This document shows, in pieces, positions 1 to 9,673 of a DNA stretch of 64,000 bases; position 1 is the stretch's first letter, and each line of letters begins with the position of its first letter. The notes beneath the pieces were generated by a model. It did not search any database. It saw only the letters and a program-made list of their open reading frames with translations, and was not told the origin of the DNA. Made by a program: the position numbers and the translations under genes. Origin of the DNA: a virus (taxonomy: Duplodnaviria > Heunggongvirae > Uroviricota > Caudoviricetes); the IMG/VR virus record IMGVR_UViG_3300047323_000678; one strand, 5' to 3'.

Positions 1-57
1 GAAAAATATCGTGAACCAAATGAATTAGTAGAAAAAACAGATAATTAAAGGCATATT

Positions 58-237
58 ATGATTACTTCTCAGTTACTCTACGAAACAATGAAAAAACAAG
101 ATATGTTATCAGAAGCTTCCAAGGTAATTAAACGACAAGATATTCTGTCAGAAGCTTCTAAAATAATTAAACAGCAAGATATGCTATCTCAAGCATCAGA
201 AATTATGCGTAAGCAAATTAAAGATCTCCATCAATAA
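58..237 (+). CDS. 59-aa protein with three 13-aa tandem repeats (below the ORF-track cutoff)
   Basis: Hand translation MITSQLLYETM-KKQDMLSEASKVI-KRQDILSEASKII-KQQDMLSQASEIM-RKQIKDLHQ*; AAGG upstream; repeats diverge mostly synonymously or conservatively. Confidence 0.6.
   Translation: MITSQLLYETMKKQDMLSEASKVIKRQDILSEASKIIKQQDMLSQASEIMRKQIKDLHQ
91..207 (+). repeat. 3 x 39-bp imperfect tandem repeat
   Basis: Units begin at 91, 130 and 169 (aaaaaacaagatatgttatcagaagcttcc...). Confidence 0.85.
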
Positions 238-256
238 TTAAAATAGAGAGAATATT

Positions 257-751
257 ATGCGAAATCAAAAAGAACCACTATATCGCAAGGTAAATACTAC
301 GGCAAGGGGCGTCCATCATGATTTTGGCGGTGACTACCGTCATGATCGGAATACTAAAGCCGAAAAAAAATCTGAAGCTACCCGTAGTTCAATGGGTAAA
401 AAAACTAATCGGGGACTTGATTACACTCCTCTTTTCCGTTTTCTGCTGTCTAAAGTAGGAAAAAATTGGACGGAAATCCATAAAGAAGCAGTTTCACGCC
501 TTGATCGTGAAGACCCTATTTATTGGATGGTTGCTCGTAATGAAGATGAAAAGCAGGATTATTTCCGTGCAGGAGAATCTAGTTATTACAGCGGACTTTT
601 TATTGATGATAATAATGTTCTTCAAAAAGTCGATCCAACCGCAGGACCACATAGTCTAACTCAATATTGTGCATGTTGCACTTGGACTTTTAATGGCGTT
701 GTTCTCAAGCCAATTACTAAGGAACAAGCACTTAAAAATATGAGTGCTTAA
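257..751 (+). CDS. hypothetical protein (164 aa)
   Basis: ORF with AGAG SD-like site; no motif recognised with confidence. Confidence 0.75.
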   Translation: MRNQKEPLYRKVNTTARGVHHDFGGDYRHDRNTKAEKKSEATRSSMGKKTNRGLDYTPLFRFLLSKVGKNWTEIHKEAVSRLDREDPIYWMVARNEDEKQDYFRAGESSYYSGLFIDDNNVLQKVDPTAGPHSLTQYCACCTWTFNGVVLKPITKEQALKNMSA

Positions 752-793
752 TGATTTTCTATTTTAATGCTGTTCTAATTTAAAGGAATTAAC

Positions 794-1087
794 ATGAACA
801 ACTATGATGAAGAAGTTCAAAAAATTGAAAAATTTGGACAAGAAAATGGTTGGCACGGTATTGAAATCGAACATGCCATTGATAATTTAGATGTTAATTA
901 TGAAAACGAAACCATTATTCCAATTACGAATGGTCGTGAAATCCGCTGTCCTGCATATCCTGAAGAATGTGAGTATGTCAGGATTACTCAAAATGGCTAT
1001 GAATTAGCTTATTGGACAAGCGAAGAATGGGAAAGAGATGGTAAGATTGTAATGGGAGCAATCATGGGCTGTGCTCGCGGGGCATAA
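794..1087 (+). CDS. hypothetical acidic protein (97 aa)
   Basis: AAGGAA SD; followed by terminator. Confidence 0.75.
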   Translation: MNNYDEEVQKIEKFGQENGWHGIEIEHAIDNLDVNYENETIIPITNGREIRCPAYPEECEYVRITQNGYELAYWTSEEWERDGKIVMGAIMGCARGA

Positions 1088-1092
1088 ATAAT

Positions 1093-1120
1093 AAAAGGCA
1101 GATTAATTTCTGCCTTTTTT
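1093..1120. terminator. bidirectional intrinsic terminator, AAAAGGCAG/CTGCCTTTT family
   Basis: aaaaggcagattaatttctgcctttttt. Confidence 0.8.
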
Positions 1121-1256
1121 GTTTGAAAATTCGATTCACTTCTATCGTTAATCGTGATAGCATATCTTATCAACTTCTTTTAGTTGTTGATACATGGAAA
1201 CCGATTATTATTTTTAATAATCCGTTTTTGATTAACTTTTTTATAAAGTAAATACC

Positions 1257-1787
1257 ATGAAATCTATCCATCAAAATGCAATTTGCATTGTTTCTTCTCT
1301 TTGTAAAGCCTCCAACATTAATTTTGACCCACCTAAATTTACTAAAGGTTGGTCACATTTAGCACTGCATGAATCTCATGGTGTCAGAATGGATTTCTAT
1401 GCAGGAAGCCAAAGTTGTGGAATATCTATTGAGAAAAAAGATGCCCCATTATACTTTATGCTTCAGCACATGTATAAAATTGGTCAACTTACATTAGATA
1501 TTCCAGGAAAACCGAACGAACAAGATAGATATCCTCATGGATTATATTTAGTAAAAAATGGCGAATTATCAATGGAAAGTGTAGGCGAATATTTTAGATA
1601 CAAAATTGCTTCTGGTGATCTTGATGGACGATCAGATATTGTTATCAGTCGGGATTCAGAAACATTTGAGCAGCGTGCAGCCGATATTGCAGCATTACTC
1701 TTTAATCAGTTCATTAAAAAGATAATGCCTATCGTTGAGCTTTATAAAGCAGGAAAAGCAGCAGGAGTCTATAAAACTGCTGCTTAA
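1257..1787 (+). CDS. hypothetical protein (176 aa)
   Basis: ORF only. Confidence 0.7.
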   Translation: MKSIHQNAICIVSSLCKASNINFDPPKFTKGWSHLALHESHGVRMDFYAGSQSCGISIEKKDAPLYFMLQHMYKIGQLTLDIPGKPNEQDRYPHGLYLVKNGELSMESVGEYFRYKIASGDLDGRSDIVISRDSETFEQRAADIAALLFNQFIKKIMPIVELYKAGKAAGVYKTAA

Positions 1788-1803
1788 ATTGAGATGAAGA
1801 AAT

Positions 1804-1834
1804 AAAAAAAGGCAGAATAAAATCTGCCTTTTTT
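1804..1834. terminator. bidirectional terminator between convergent genes
   Basis: aaaaaaaggcagaataaaatctgcctttttt. Confidence 0.85.
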
Positions 1835-1835
1835 A

Positions 1836-2312
1836 TTATTTTACTTTTAACTGAAGTATATCAGAGTATCTTTGCGACAACTCATCTTCAAAATTAAAAG
1901 ACATTTGTATAGGTTTTTTAGGTGAATGATTATCGTTATAAGAATCAATATCTAACTTAAGTTGATGACAGTCACCAATAATTTGTTGGCGACGCATCTC
2001 AAAAGCAATCTTAATATGTTTCTCAGGAGCAGTTCTGATATCAGCCCACAAAACACCTTGTTCTGGCTTTTCAGGATCAATGTAGGCATGCTTTAAGCGG
2101 ATTTTTCTGCCTTGTGGATCGTAAGCATATTCCTCTCTTAAGGCTTCAGACAGTTCTTCCGCACATTTCTGCTCAACAAGATATGGTGCTGGCCTCCATA
2201 GACCTTTGCGAACAGCCCACTTAGCAACCTCTCTCATTGGAACAGGCCACTGTTTCGTTTCTTGGATGAATTTATCAACCAAACTTTGAAGATATTGAGC
2301 TTTGGTACTCAT
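1836..2312 (-). CDS. hypothetical protein (158 aa)
   Basis: ORF, more GC-rich than its surroundings; convergent on shared terminator. Confidence 0.75.
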   Translation of the reverse strand: MSTKAQYLQSLVDKFIQETKQWPVPMREVAKWAVRKGLWRPAPYLVEQKCAEELSEALREEYAYDPQGRKIRLKHAYIDPEKPEQGVLWADIRTAPEKHIKIAFEMRRQQIIGDCHQLKLDIDSYNDNHSPKKPIQMSFNFEDELSQRYSDILQLKVK

Positions 2313-2459
2313 AGGAATCTTTCATTTGAGATTGATCACCTTAACTATACAGTATAGTTACTTCATCTTCAAGACATTTTCTTTTGTATCTCACCTAAGT
2401 TTCATGAAGTAACTATTTTTAATAAGATAATATTTATTCGTTGCAAGAATGATAAAAGG

Positions 2460-2488
2460 TTGATTTTTGTTTACAAATTATGTATACT
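2460..2488 (+). promoter_or_regulatory. sigma70-type promoter of the racemase/NadE operon
   Basis: TTGATT(2460-65)-17 bp-TATACT(2483-88) with TG extension; overlapped by inverted repeat TTTACAA(2470-76)/TTGTAAA(2492-98). Confidence 0.6.
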
Positions 2489-2515
2489 TAGTTGTAAATC
2501 TCAACTAAGTATATA

Positions 2516-3172
2516 ATGAAAGTATTAATCGTATCGGGAGCAGGAATAATAGCAGGAACTCATTTCTATAATGAATTCTTGAAAGAATTAATTGGTCTTA
2601 ATGAATTTAAGAAAGATTCAGATTTTCCAGAAATAGTTTTATATAACTATCCATTTAAATCTATAAAGAATAATGGAGATTTAGATGAAGTGCAGTGTAA
2701 TGAAGAATTAGAAGCTATTCTAGATAAATTTTCTGATTTTGATTATGTAGTAATTACATGCAATACTTTTCATGTGCTAAATTTAAAAAATAATAAAATT
2801 TTATCACTACCAGGTCATGTATTAGAAGAAGTAGAAAATATTAAAGATGTTAATAAAAAAGGTTTAGTTTTATGTTCTTCTTACTCTAGGGAAAAGAAAT
2901 TATTTGATAATGAAAATTTAATTTATCCCAGTAGAGATTTAAATTTTTTGGTTGATAAAGTTATTTCAGCTAATATTCATTCTATAAATCATTACAAAAA
3001 AGAAGAGTTTACTCAATTAAATGATTTTATAAGAAGCAATAATATTACACATCTCATCATTGGCTGCACTGAATTAAGCTTGATTGATTGGAAAAATATT
3101 GTAGAAATACCAGTTATAGATAGCTATAAATTAGTTATAGATAGTTTGATTTCAAAAATAAAAGGTAAATAA
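2516..3172 (+). CDS. aspartate/glutamate racemase family protein
   Basis: Two-cysteine motifs ITCNTFH and IGCTELS; N-terminal G-x-G..AG..FY. Confidence 0.8.
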   Translation: MKVLIVSGAGIIAGTHFYNEFLKELIGLNEFKKDSDFPEIVLYNYPFKSIKNNGDLDEVQCNEELEAILDKFSDFDYVVITCNTFHVLNLKNNKILSLPGHVLEEVENIKDVNKKGLVLCSSYSREKKLFDNENLIYPSRDLNFLVDKVISANIHSINHYKKEEFTQLNDFIRSNNITHLIIGCTELSLIDWKNIVEIPVIDSYKLVIDSLISKIKGK

Positions 3173-4903
3173 ATGAAAGTTTATAATGAAAAACATAGTA
3201 ACCTGACTTCTAACATGCTTGAAACACTAGCAAATGTCAGGAATATGCGTAATTTCAAAGTTGAAGATTATATTAATGCAAAAAGTAAATTATTGAATCA
3301 ATACTTTAGTAAAAGTGGATTAAACACATGTGTTGTTGCAATTAGTGGCGGCATTGATAGTGCTGTTACTTTAGCTTTAGTTGATTATGCAAGCAAACAA
3401 AATGGTAGCAACATAAAAAATATTGTTCCTGTAACTATTCCAAGTTTTGATGGTAGTGTTACGAATCAAAGTGAAACAGTTAAAAAAGCTCAAGATTTAT
3501 GCGATAGTTTTGGGCTAAATCTTCGTATTCTAGATATTACTAATGAATGTGAAAATCTAGCTGTAAAAGTTGAAAATCAATTAGATAATAATGAAGTTGA
3601 TATGTGGGCAAGAGGACAATTGGTTTCTTATGTTCGCACACCTAGCTTATATTATTTCACTAGTGTATTAAACAGTCAGGGATTTAAACCAGTTTTAGTA
3701 GGCACGATCAATCGTGATGAAGGTGCTTATCTTGGATATTTATGCAAAAGTGGTGATGGTTGTGTAGATCTTCAACTTATTTCAGATTTACATAAAAGTG
3801 AAGTATATAAAGTTGGACAACAATTGAATGTTCCTAAAAGCATTATGGAAGCTGTACCTAATGGTGACATGTATGATGGTAGGGTCGATGAAGAAGTTTT
3901 TGGCGCACCTTATGCTTTTGTAGAGTTATTTCTATCATATAAAGAAATAACTAAAAATACTTGGGATGCATTAACTAATAATTGGACTACAGAAGATAAA
4001 GATGTCTTTTCTAAATATGAAAATGCATTAGAAAAACTTCATAGATACAATGCTCATAAATATATGGGTGGTTCTACAGCAGTTCATCTAGATGTATTAG
4101 CTTCAGCAGTAGATGGCGGATGGATTGAAGGTGTTCACACAACAATTCATAAAGCAAAAACACGTACCCAAATTATTAGAACGGATAAGTTCGTAGGTTT
4201 TGTTGATAATTCACCAGAATTAATTACAACCAATTTAAATATGCCTTTTAATACAACAGGTGAGGTGACTATTGTTTCTAATATTCTTTCAAAAGGAGAG
4301 AAGAAAAATATTTGTGAATGGGTTAATAATAATTCGCAAAAACTTGTGAAAACTAGCCCATATGGTTACACCACAGGTGAAGAAAAGACAGGCTCATCAA
4401 GACTAAGTTTTTATGATGAAGAATGGGCTAAAGTTATTTTTGAAAGATTAATGTTAAGTGGAGCAATTAATCCTATTTTTAATGAAAAAGATGCTAATAC
4501 TAATTGGGCTCCGTTTGAACAGTGGAGAGCAGTAGGATTAAGTCCACTGTTTAGAGTAATGAAATATAATGAAGAAGATGTTTTATACCCCCATTATGAC
4601 GATTCATTTTATAAATCAGATACTCAGCGTAGTTTAAAGAGTGTAGTAATTTCAGTTAAGATAGCAGAAAATGGAGGAGCTACTCGCTTTATCAAAGATG
4701 AACAAACATCTTTACCATTTAATCAAAGAAATTTTTCAGATAAAGATAGCGAGCCAAGAAATAATGATATTATGCAATCCTTTAATGAAGAAGGAAGTGC
4801 TTTAATCTTTAATCATCGTATCTTACATGATGGAGAAAAAATTAAAAAAGGTGAAAAAATAATCATTAGAACTGATATTTTATATGAGCGAACTAGCTTC
4901 TAA
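3173..4903 (+). CDS. nadE: NH3-dependent NAD+ synthetase-like domain fused to a C-terminal 2OG-Fe(II) oxygenase
   Basis: AISGGIDSAV PP-loop, GTINRDE, KSGDG..D...ISDLHKSEV; C-terminal PHYD...IFNHRILHDG...IIRTD (HxD..H..R). Confidence 0.8.
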   Translation: MKVYNEKHSNLTSNMLETLANVRNMRNFKVEDYINAKSKLLNQYFSKSGLNTCVVAISGGIDSAVTLALVDYASKQNGSNIKNIVPVTIPSFDGSVTNQSETVKKAQDLCDSFGLNLRILDITNECENLAVKVENQLDNNEVDMWARGQLVSYVRTPSLYYFTSVLNSQGFKPVLVGTINRDEGAYLGYLCKSGDGCVDLQLISDLHKSEVYKVGQQLNVPKSIMEAVPNGDMYDGRVDEEVFGAPYAFVELFLSYKEITKNTWDALTNNWTTEDKDVFSKYENALEKLHRYNAHKYMGGSTAVHLDVLASAVDGGWIEGVHTTIHKAKTRTQIIRTDKFVGFVDNSPELITTNLNMPFNTTGEVTIVSNILSKGEKKNICEWVNNNSQKLVKTSPYGYTTGEEKTGSSRLSFYDEEWAKVIFERLMLSGAINPIFNEKDANTNWAPFEQWRAVGLSPLFRVMKYNEEDVLYPHYDDSFYKSDTQRSLKSVVISVKIAENGGATRFIKDEQTSLPFNQRNFSDKDSEPRNNDIMQSFNEEGSALIFNHRILHDGEKIKKGEKIIIRTDILYERTSF

Positions 4904-6548
4904 ACTACCATCTTGGTATAAAGATCTATCTGAGTTTGAGAAGGAAAAGCTCAGTTCAGATAGGTTTTATTTAGCACAAGCATTAGGTGGACATACCTAT
5001 CAATCATTATGTGCAAGTGGTTGGCTCAACCATTTATATTCGCATGAAGAACTAAATAAAGTTCAATCATCTTTTTATACTCCATTTGAACATTATGCAG
5101 GCGAGAAAAAAGAAATTTTTATTCTTTTAAATACTGGAAGTTATGCCCCTGCTCATATGGGTCATATCAGTTTGCTCAAAAGAGCAAAAGAAAAAGTGAT
5201 TCAATTAGGGTTAGCAGATAATCCTGTAATGGTATTAAGTCCATCTCATGATAAATATGTTCTCACAAAATCTAGTGATATTAAAGAGTGGAATATTAAT
5301 AAAAGAATAGATCATCTCTCTAAAACCATTCAGGATTATCCTTATAAGAAAGATGATGATAATTTCTTAATAGATCCTTGGGAGGCAGCTTATTGCGAAT
5401 ATCCTGTTAATTTCACAGATGTAATTATTAAATATGTGAAAGATTTAGAAAGTCTTGGGATTAATTATAAAATTGGTTATGTGTTCGGTTCAGATAACGA
5501 ACAATTTTTATATGCATTTAGCGAATTAAGTAAGATAGATAAAACCAAGTTTTTCGCAATTTGTGTTGAACGAGAAGGCTATCCTATCAAAATCAATTCA
5601 AATTCTGAGAATGTTTTATATGCAGAAAATAAAGATGAGTTCTTTAGCATGAAGTCTCGTGATATAAGAAAAAATCCTTATGCTTATACTCCTGAACATG
5701 CTGAGTTTGATAGTTCATTATGTTATAACCGAAATGGTTTTTATGCAGTTCGCCATGATTCTGCTATAGCATTAAAAGCATGGATAGAGAATTATCCAGA
5801 AAAAGAAAGGCAGTTAAAAGATTCATATGTTGTTTTTCATAATGAATTAAAAGCCTTATTTAAAGAATTTACTAAAGTAGAAATTAAAGGTATTGATTTA
5901 GATTTTCAAAGAAGCCTTGTTGAAAGATTTAGCAAAGAATTTAAATGTATTAATTTAGATATTGGCACCAATGATATAAATGGCATGCAAGCATTAAATT
6001 ATGGTCGTATCTTCGTTCCAGCTTCAATGCAAGAAAAGCCTATAAAAATGATTAATAGACCAGAAGCCGCAAAAAATGAAAATAATATTCTACCAGGTGA
6101 ATATGTTTTTATTGATGATGATATTGCAAGTGGTAATACTTTGCGATTAATTCAAAAGATCTTGTTAAAAGATGGAATAACCTTTCAAAAATATATAAAT
6201 TTGGCAAAAGAATATTTTGAAGCTAATGATACAAAATTTCTTTTGTTTGATATTGTAGACACTAAAGATTTCTTATTTGGTTCTTATAGTGGTGGATTAA
6301 TTTGTGAAATAAATAGTAAGCCACTTCGTTTGCCATATTTTTCAAAATATGTAAACTTGCAAAGTAGAGCAAATATAGAATATACTGATATAAATTCTTT
6401 TAATAAAAAATTATTAGAATTAAACAAAATGTTTTTTATTAAAAATTCTTATCTAACATTAAAAGATATTAATCAAGACTTAAAAGAGTTTATATTCAAA
6501 AATGAAGAAATAGATAAACCTATTTATAGGGCAATAAGAAATATTTAA
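4884..6548 (+). CDS. NadD/cytidylyltransferase-like (HxGH) domain fused to a type I phosphoribosyltransferase domain
   Basis: TGSYAPAHMGH, VFGSD, KSRDIR; PRPP-binding loop YVFIDDDIASGNTL; overlaps upstream gene. Confidence 0.7.
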   Translation: MSELASKLPSWYKDLSEFEKEKLSSDRFYLAQALGGHTYQSLCASGWLNHLYSHEELNKVQSSFYTPFEHYAGEKKEIFILLNTGSYAPAHMGHISLLKRAKEKVIQLGLADNPVMVLSPSHDKYVLTKSSDIKEWNINKRIDHLSKTIQDYPYKKDDDNFLIDPWEAAYCEYPVNFTDVIIKYVKDLESLGINYKIGYVFGSDNEQFLYAFSELSKIDKTKFFAICVEREGYPIKINSNSENVLYAENKDEFFSMKSRDIRKNPYAYTPEHAEFDSSLCYNRNGFYAVRHDSAIALKAWIENYPEKERQLKDSYVVFHNELKALFKEFTKVEIKGIDLDFQRSLVERFSKEFKCINLDIGTNDINGMQALNYGRIFVPASMQEKPIKMINRPEAAKNENNILPGEYVFIDDDIASGNTLRLIQKILLKDGITFQKYINLAKEYFEANDTKFLLFDIVDTKDFLFGSYSGGLICEINSKPLRLPYFSKYVNLQSRANIEYTDINSFNKKLLELNKMFFIKNSYLTLKDINQDLKEFIFKNEEIDKPIYRAIRNI

Positions 6549-6565
6549 ATTAAGGAAAAAAATAA

Positions 6566-6916
6566 ATGGTTTATGTTGATGATATGAGAGCGAACTATGG
6601 GAGATTAATTCTTTGTCACATGTTGGCAGATTCCGACCAGGAACTCCATGAAATGGCTGATAAAATTGGAGTTAACCGTAAATGGTGGCAAAGTCCTGAA
6701 AAAACATCAGGCAGTCATTATGATATTGCCCTTTCTAAAAAAGCTTTAGCAATCCAATATGGAGCAATTGAAATAACTTGGAGACAAGCCGGTGCAATGA
6801 ATACCAGGCGTAGAATTACAGGGGAGCTAGGAAAACCTGAAGATGCTGTAGAGTGGGTTCAGAATTTCAGAGAAGAACAAAGAAAGAAAAAGCAGGAAAT
6901 TCAATCTTCTGAATAA
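6566..6916 (+). CDS. DUF4031-family protein (intact copy)
   Basis: MVYVDD...CHMLADS..ELHEMA.KIGV.RKWWQ....SHYDI; AAGGA SD. Confidence 0.85.
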   Translation: MVYVDDMRANYGRLILCHMLADSDQELHEMADKIGVNRKWWQSPEKTSGSHYDIALSKKALAIQYGAIEITWRQAGAMNTRRRITGELGKPEDAVEWVQNFREEQRKKKQEIQSSE

Positions 6917-6921
6917 CAAAT

Positions 6922-6946
6922 AAAAAGGCAAGGCAATCTGCCTTTT
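6922..6946. terminator. terminator, GGCAG family variant
   Basis: aaaaaggcaaggcaatctgcctttt. Confidence 0.65.
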
Positions 6947-7064
6947 AAACAATTTATATTTTTGGTTTTTTAAGTGAATTATTTTTATTTCCCAATCTTC
7001 ATTTAATTCCTGAATTAATTCTTTAAATTTATTTTTAACTATATACGCATAATACCTTTTCTAA

Positions 7065-7092
7065 TTGACATTGTGTATTTACTTGTTATAAT
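7065..7092 (+). promoter_or_regulatory. consensus sigma70 promoter
   Basis: TTGACA(7065-70)-16 bp-TATAAT(7087-92) with TGn extension. Confidence 0.75.
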
Positions 7093-7114
7093 TAATAAAA
7101 ATAAAAGGAAATTT

Positions 7115-7996
7115 ATGGATATAAAAAGTACATTGGCAAATTCACCAAATGGAAACTATGATAACTTCCGTAGTTTTTGCAGCCAAGAATCAAATTCTGA
7201 GTCATTGAAAGAACTATTGGCAGAGCCATCAATTAAACAAAATTTAAATATTACCTTGTTAAGTATGGGGTTACTTAGTTCTTTAGAAAATGGACGAAAC
7301 GAAAACACAGCAATTATTTGTGCCTATGTCCTTAATAACAATGTGTTATTTGATGTTCCTCTTGATAATGTTAATGATTCATATGGTGAAAAAATTAAAA
7401 AAAAGTTCTTAAAAAAAGAAAATATTAATGGCTTATATACGATGTTTAATGCTGCCACTAAATTTAAAAAAATGAAATTAGCTAATTTATTAAGTCAAAA
7501 ATATTCAATTTTAGAAAATGCTATTACTAATAAAATAGAAGAACCAATACTATTAAAAGATGGATCACATAAAGAATCGGCCGAATTAAACGATGATGGT
7601 TCTCTCAAAATAATGACCATAAAAGGAGGGTCTGTTCCACCTAAAATTACAGAAATAAAAGAATATTCTTTAAATCCGATTTTATTTAATTTAAAAAATT
7701 TCAATCCACAAATATTAGATGGTTTTTTGAATGAAAAATACAAAATTGATTCATCAGTGGTAGAACATGGATTGGTTATGAATGTTTATTTAAATAATAA
7801 TGAGCCTGTTCTTTATTTATTTGCCAATAAAAGATGTGCAGATATAATTAAAAGCTCTGATAAGATTAAAGCATTCATAAATTCGGATAAAGAATGGGCA
7901 GACAAAAAACAAATTTCTAGATCTGCATTATTAATGATTAATCTCAAAGATGAACTACCAGAAAATAATAATCAATTAGGGAAATTTAAACTATAA
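7115..7996 (+). CDS. hypothetical protein with C-terminal L.DEL..N..KFKL tail (cassette cargo)
   Basis: Start moved to ATG 7115 (AAAGGAA SD; track start 7073 lies inside the promoter). Confidence 0.75.
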   Translation: MDIKSTLANSPNGNYDNFRSFCSQESNSESLKELLAEPSIKQNLNITLLSMGLLSSLENGRNENTAIICAYVLNNNVLFDVPLDNVNDSYGEKIKKKFLKKENINGLYTMFNAATKFKKMKLANLLSQKYSILENAITNKIEEPILLKDGSHKESAELNDDGSLKIMTIKGGSVPPKITEIKEYSLNPILFNLKNFNPQILDGFLNEKYKIDSSVVEHGLVMNVYLNNNEPVLYLFANKRCADIIKSSDKIKAFINSDKEWADKKQISRSALLMINLKDELPENNNQLGKFKL

Positions 7997-8065
7997 ATAA
8001 ATTTTCATATTTATAAACTCAAATTAATATTAATCAAATTTGAGTTTATTTACTGCTTCAACAGG

Positions 8066-8169
8066 TATGGACATTTTGAGCAAAAATAATCATTTTTCTC
8101 GAAATCACTATGGACATAGCCAATTTAGCAAAAAGCCTGATAAACAGATGGATTCAAAAATGTCCATAG
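8066..8169. repeat. TATGGACAT x2 plus inverted ATGTCCATAG motif, copy 1
   Basis: Motifs at 8066, 8109 and 8160 (spacings 43 and 51). Confidence 0.85.
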
Positions 8170-8188
8170 ATTGCGTACCTATCTTTAG

Positions 8189-8482
8189 CTTGCTTCAACT
8201 GACCAGGAGCTTCATGAAATGGTTGCAAAAATTGGAGTTGCTAGAAAATGGTGGCAAAGTCCAGAGAAAACATCAGGAAGTCATTATGATATATGTTTAA
8301 GTAAAAAAGCTTTAGCAATTCAATTTGGTGCCATTGGAATAACCTGAAGACAAGCAGGAGCAATGAATTCTCGTCGTAGAGTAACTGGTCAGCTAGGTAA
8401 GCCTGAAGATGCGGAAGAATGGCTAAAATTCTATATGGAGGAAAGAAGGAAGCTTAAAGAGTTAAAACTTCAAAGTAATTAA
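8189..8482 (+). pseudogene. 5'-truncated DUF4031 copy 2, internal TGG>TGA stop at 8345
   Basis: Aligns to codon ~20 onward of 6566..6916. Confidence 0.85.
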
Positions 8483-8535
8483 ATTTTTAAAATTGACATT
8501 ATATATATAATAATCTATTTTTTTAGGAGATTATT

Positions 8536-9189
8536 ATGAACTATTTAAGATATGCTGCAATACTTAAAAATGAGAGTGAAGGTGAAAGTGCTTATAATGA
8601 TTATTTTTTAAATATAGAAGCTAAAGCTCAGCACTTTCCAGAGCAATTAGAGCCAGTTATTTGTAATTCTTTTAAAGAGCTAAGGTTATTACCGTTTGGT
8701 TCATTGAATTTTAAATTTAAAAAAGATGAATACTTACACTTACAAATTCCTTATTCTGTAGAATTAGATAATGCAAGCATTGAGGAATTTTTACTATTTA
8801 ATCTTTGTTTAAGCAGTAAAGCAAACATAAAAAGCACACAGTATGACAAAAATAATTTTGAAAGCATGGACATAAGTATACAATCATTTCAAGATAGGAT
8901 TGTTGATCCTAGAAATTTTCATGTTACCAATTTAGCTTGGGATTATGAAAATAATAAAATTGAACTACATGTAAACTTTATTATTAAAAATAACCCAATT
9001 GAACTTACCTTGGTTTTTGAAAAACAAGATATTATATCTGCAAAATTAAGAATCCCCAACTACTCTGAGGAAGAATATATATCATTAGAGCAATCTGGAG
9101 AAAATGATGTAGTGGGATACAATAGAACAGCTAAAATAGTAAATATTTTTAAAAATAATTTTAACAATAAATGTTATCAACTTATTTAA
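8536..9189 (+). CDS. hypothetical protein (217 aa, cassette cargo)
   Basis: AGGAG SD; TTGACA at 8493. Confidence 0.75.
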   Translation: MNYLRYAAILKNESEGESAYNDYFLNIEAKAQHFPEQLEPVICNSFKELRLLPFGSLNFKFKKDEYLHLQIPYSVELDNASIEEFLLFNLCLSSKANIKSTQYDKNNFESMDISIQSFQDRIVDPRNFHVTNLAWDYENNKIELHVNFIIKNNPIELTLVFEKQDIISAKLRIPNYSEEEYISLEQSGENDVVGYNRTAKIVNIFKNNFNNKCYQLI

Positions 9190-9234
9190 TTCATCATTAT
9201 CAAGTTTTTTAAAAATATAATATGTATTATTAAA

Positions 9235-9338
9235 TATGGACATTTTTAGTGAAATTAACCATTTTTATTCAAAAACCTATGGACATAACAAAATTTCTCA
9301 AAATCCTTTAAACTTAACAATTTCAAGAATGTCCATAG
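9235..9338. repeat. TATGGACAT x2 plus inverted ATGTCCATAG motif, copy 2
   Basis: Motifs at 9235, 9278 and 9329 (43, 51). Confidence 0.85.
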
Positions 9339-9357
9339 ATTAACAGCCTATCTTTAG

Positions 9358-9639
9358 CTTGCTTCAACTGACCAGGAACTTCATGAAATGGCTGCAAAAA
9401 TCGGAGTTGCTAGAAAATGGTGGCAATCACCAGAAAAAACATCAGGTAGTCATTATGATATCTGTTTAAGTAAAAAAGCTTTAGCAATTCAATTTGGTGC
9501 TATTGAAATAACTTGGAGACAAGCTGGTGCCATGAATTCCCGCTGTAGAGTTACAGGTGAATTAGGCAAACCTGAAGATGCGGAAGAATGGTTGAAAAAC
9601 TATATGGAAGACAGAAGAAAGCTTAAAAAAATTAAATAA
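9358..9639 (+). pseudogene. 5'-truncated DUF4031 copy 3 (open from ATG 9388, 83 aa)
   Basis: MAAKIGVARKWWQSPEKTSGSHYDICLSKK... Confidence 0.8.
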
Positions 9640-9645
9640 TAAATT

Positions 9646-9669
9646 AAAGGCAGTAAATTCTGCCTTTTT
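9646..9669. terminator. bidirectional terminator, GGCAG family
   Basis: aaaggcagtaaattctgccttttt. Confidence 0.8.
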
Positions 9670-9673
9670 AATT

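Noticed and set aside
1..48. 3' end of an upstream gene (EKYREPNELVEKTDN*)
   Set aside because: Plausible but only 15 codons are visible; cannot be supported.
2516..6548. Calling the operon NARP1 or NARP2
   Set aside because: No Nampt/Namat-type enzyme is present, and NadE, the oxygenase and the racemase are not parts of those systems.
8040..8300. 86-aa ORF across the first cassette junction (also 10536 and 11908 on the - strand)
   Set aside because: Out of frame with DUF4031 homology and not preserved in the other junction copies.
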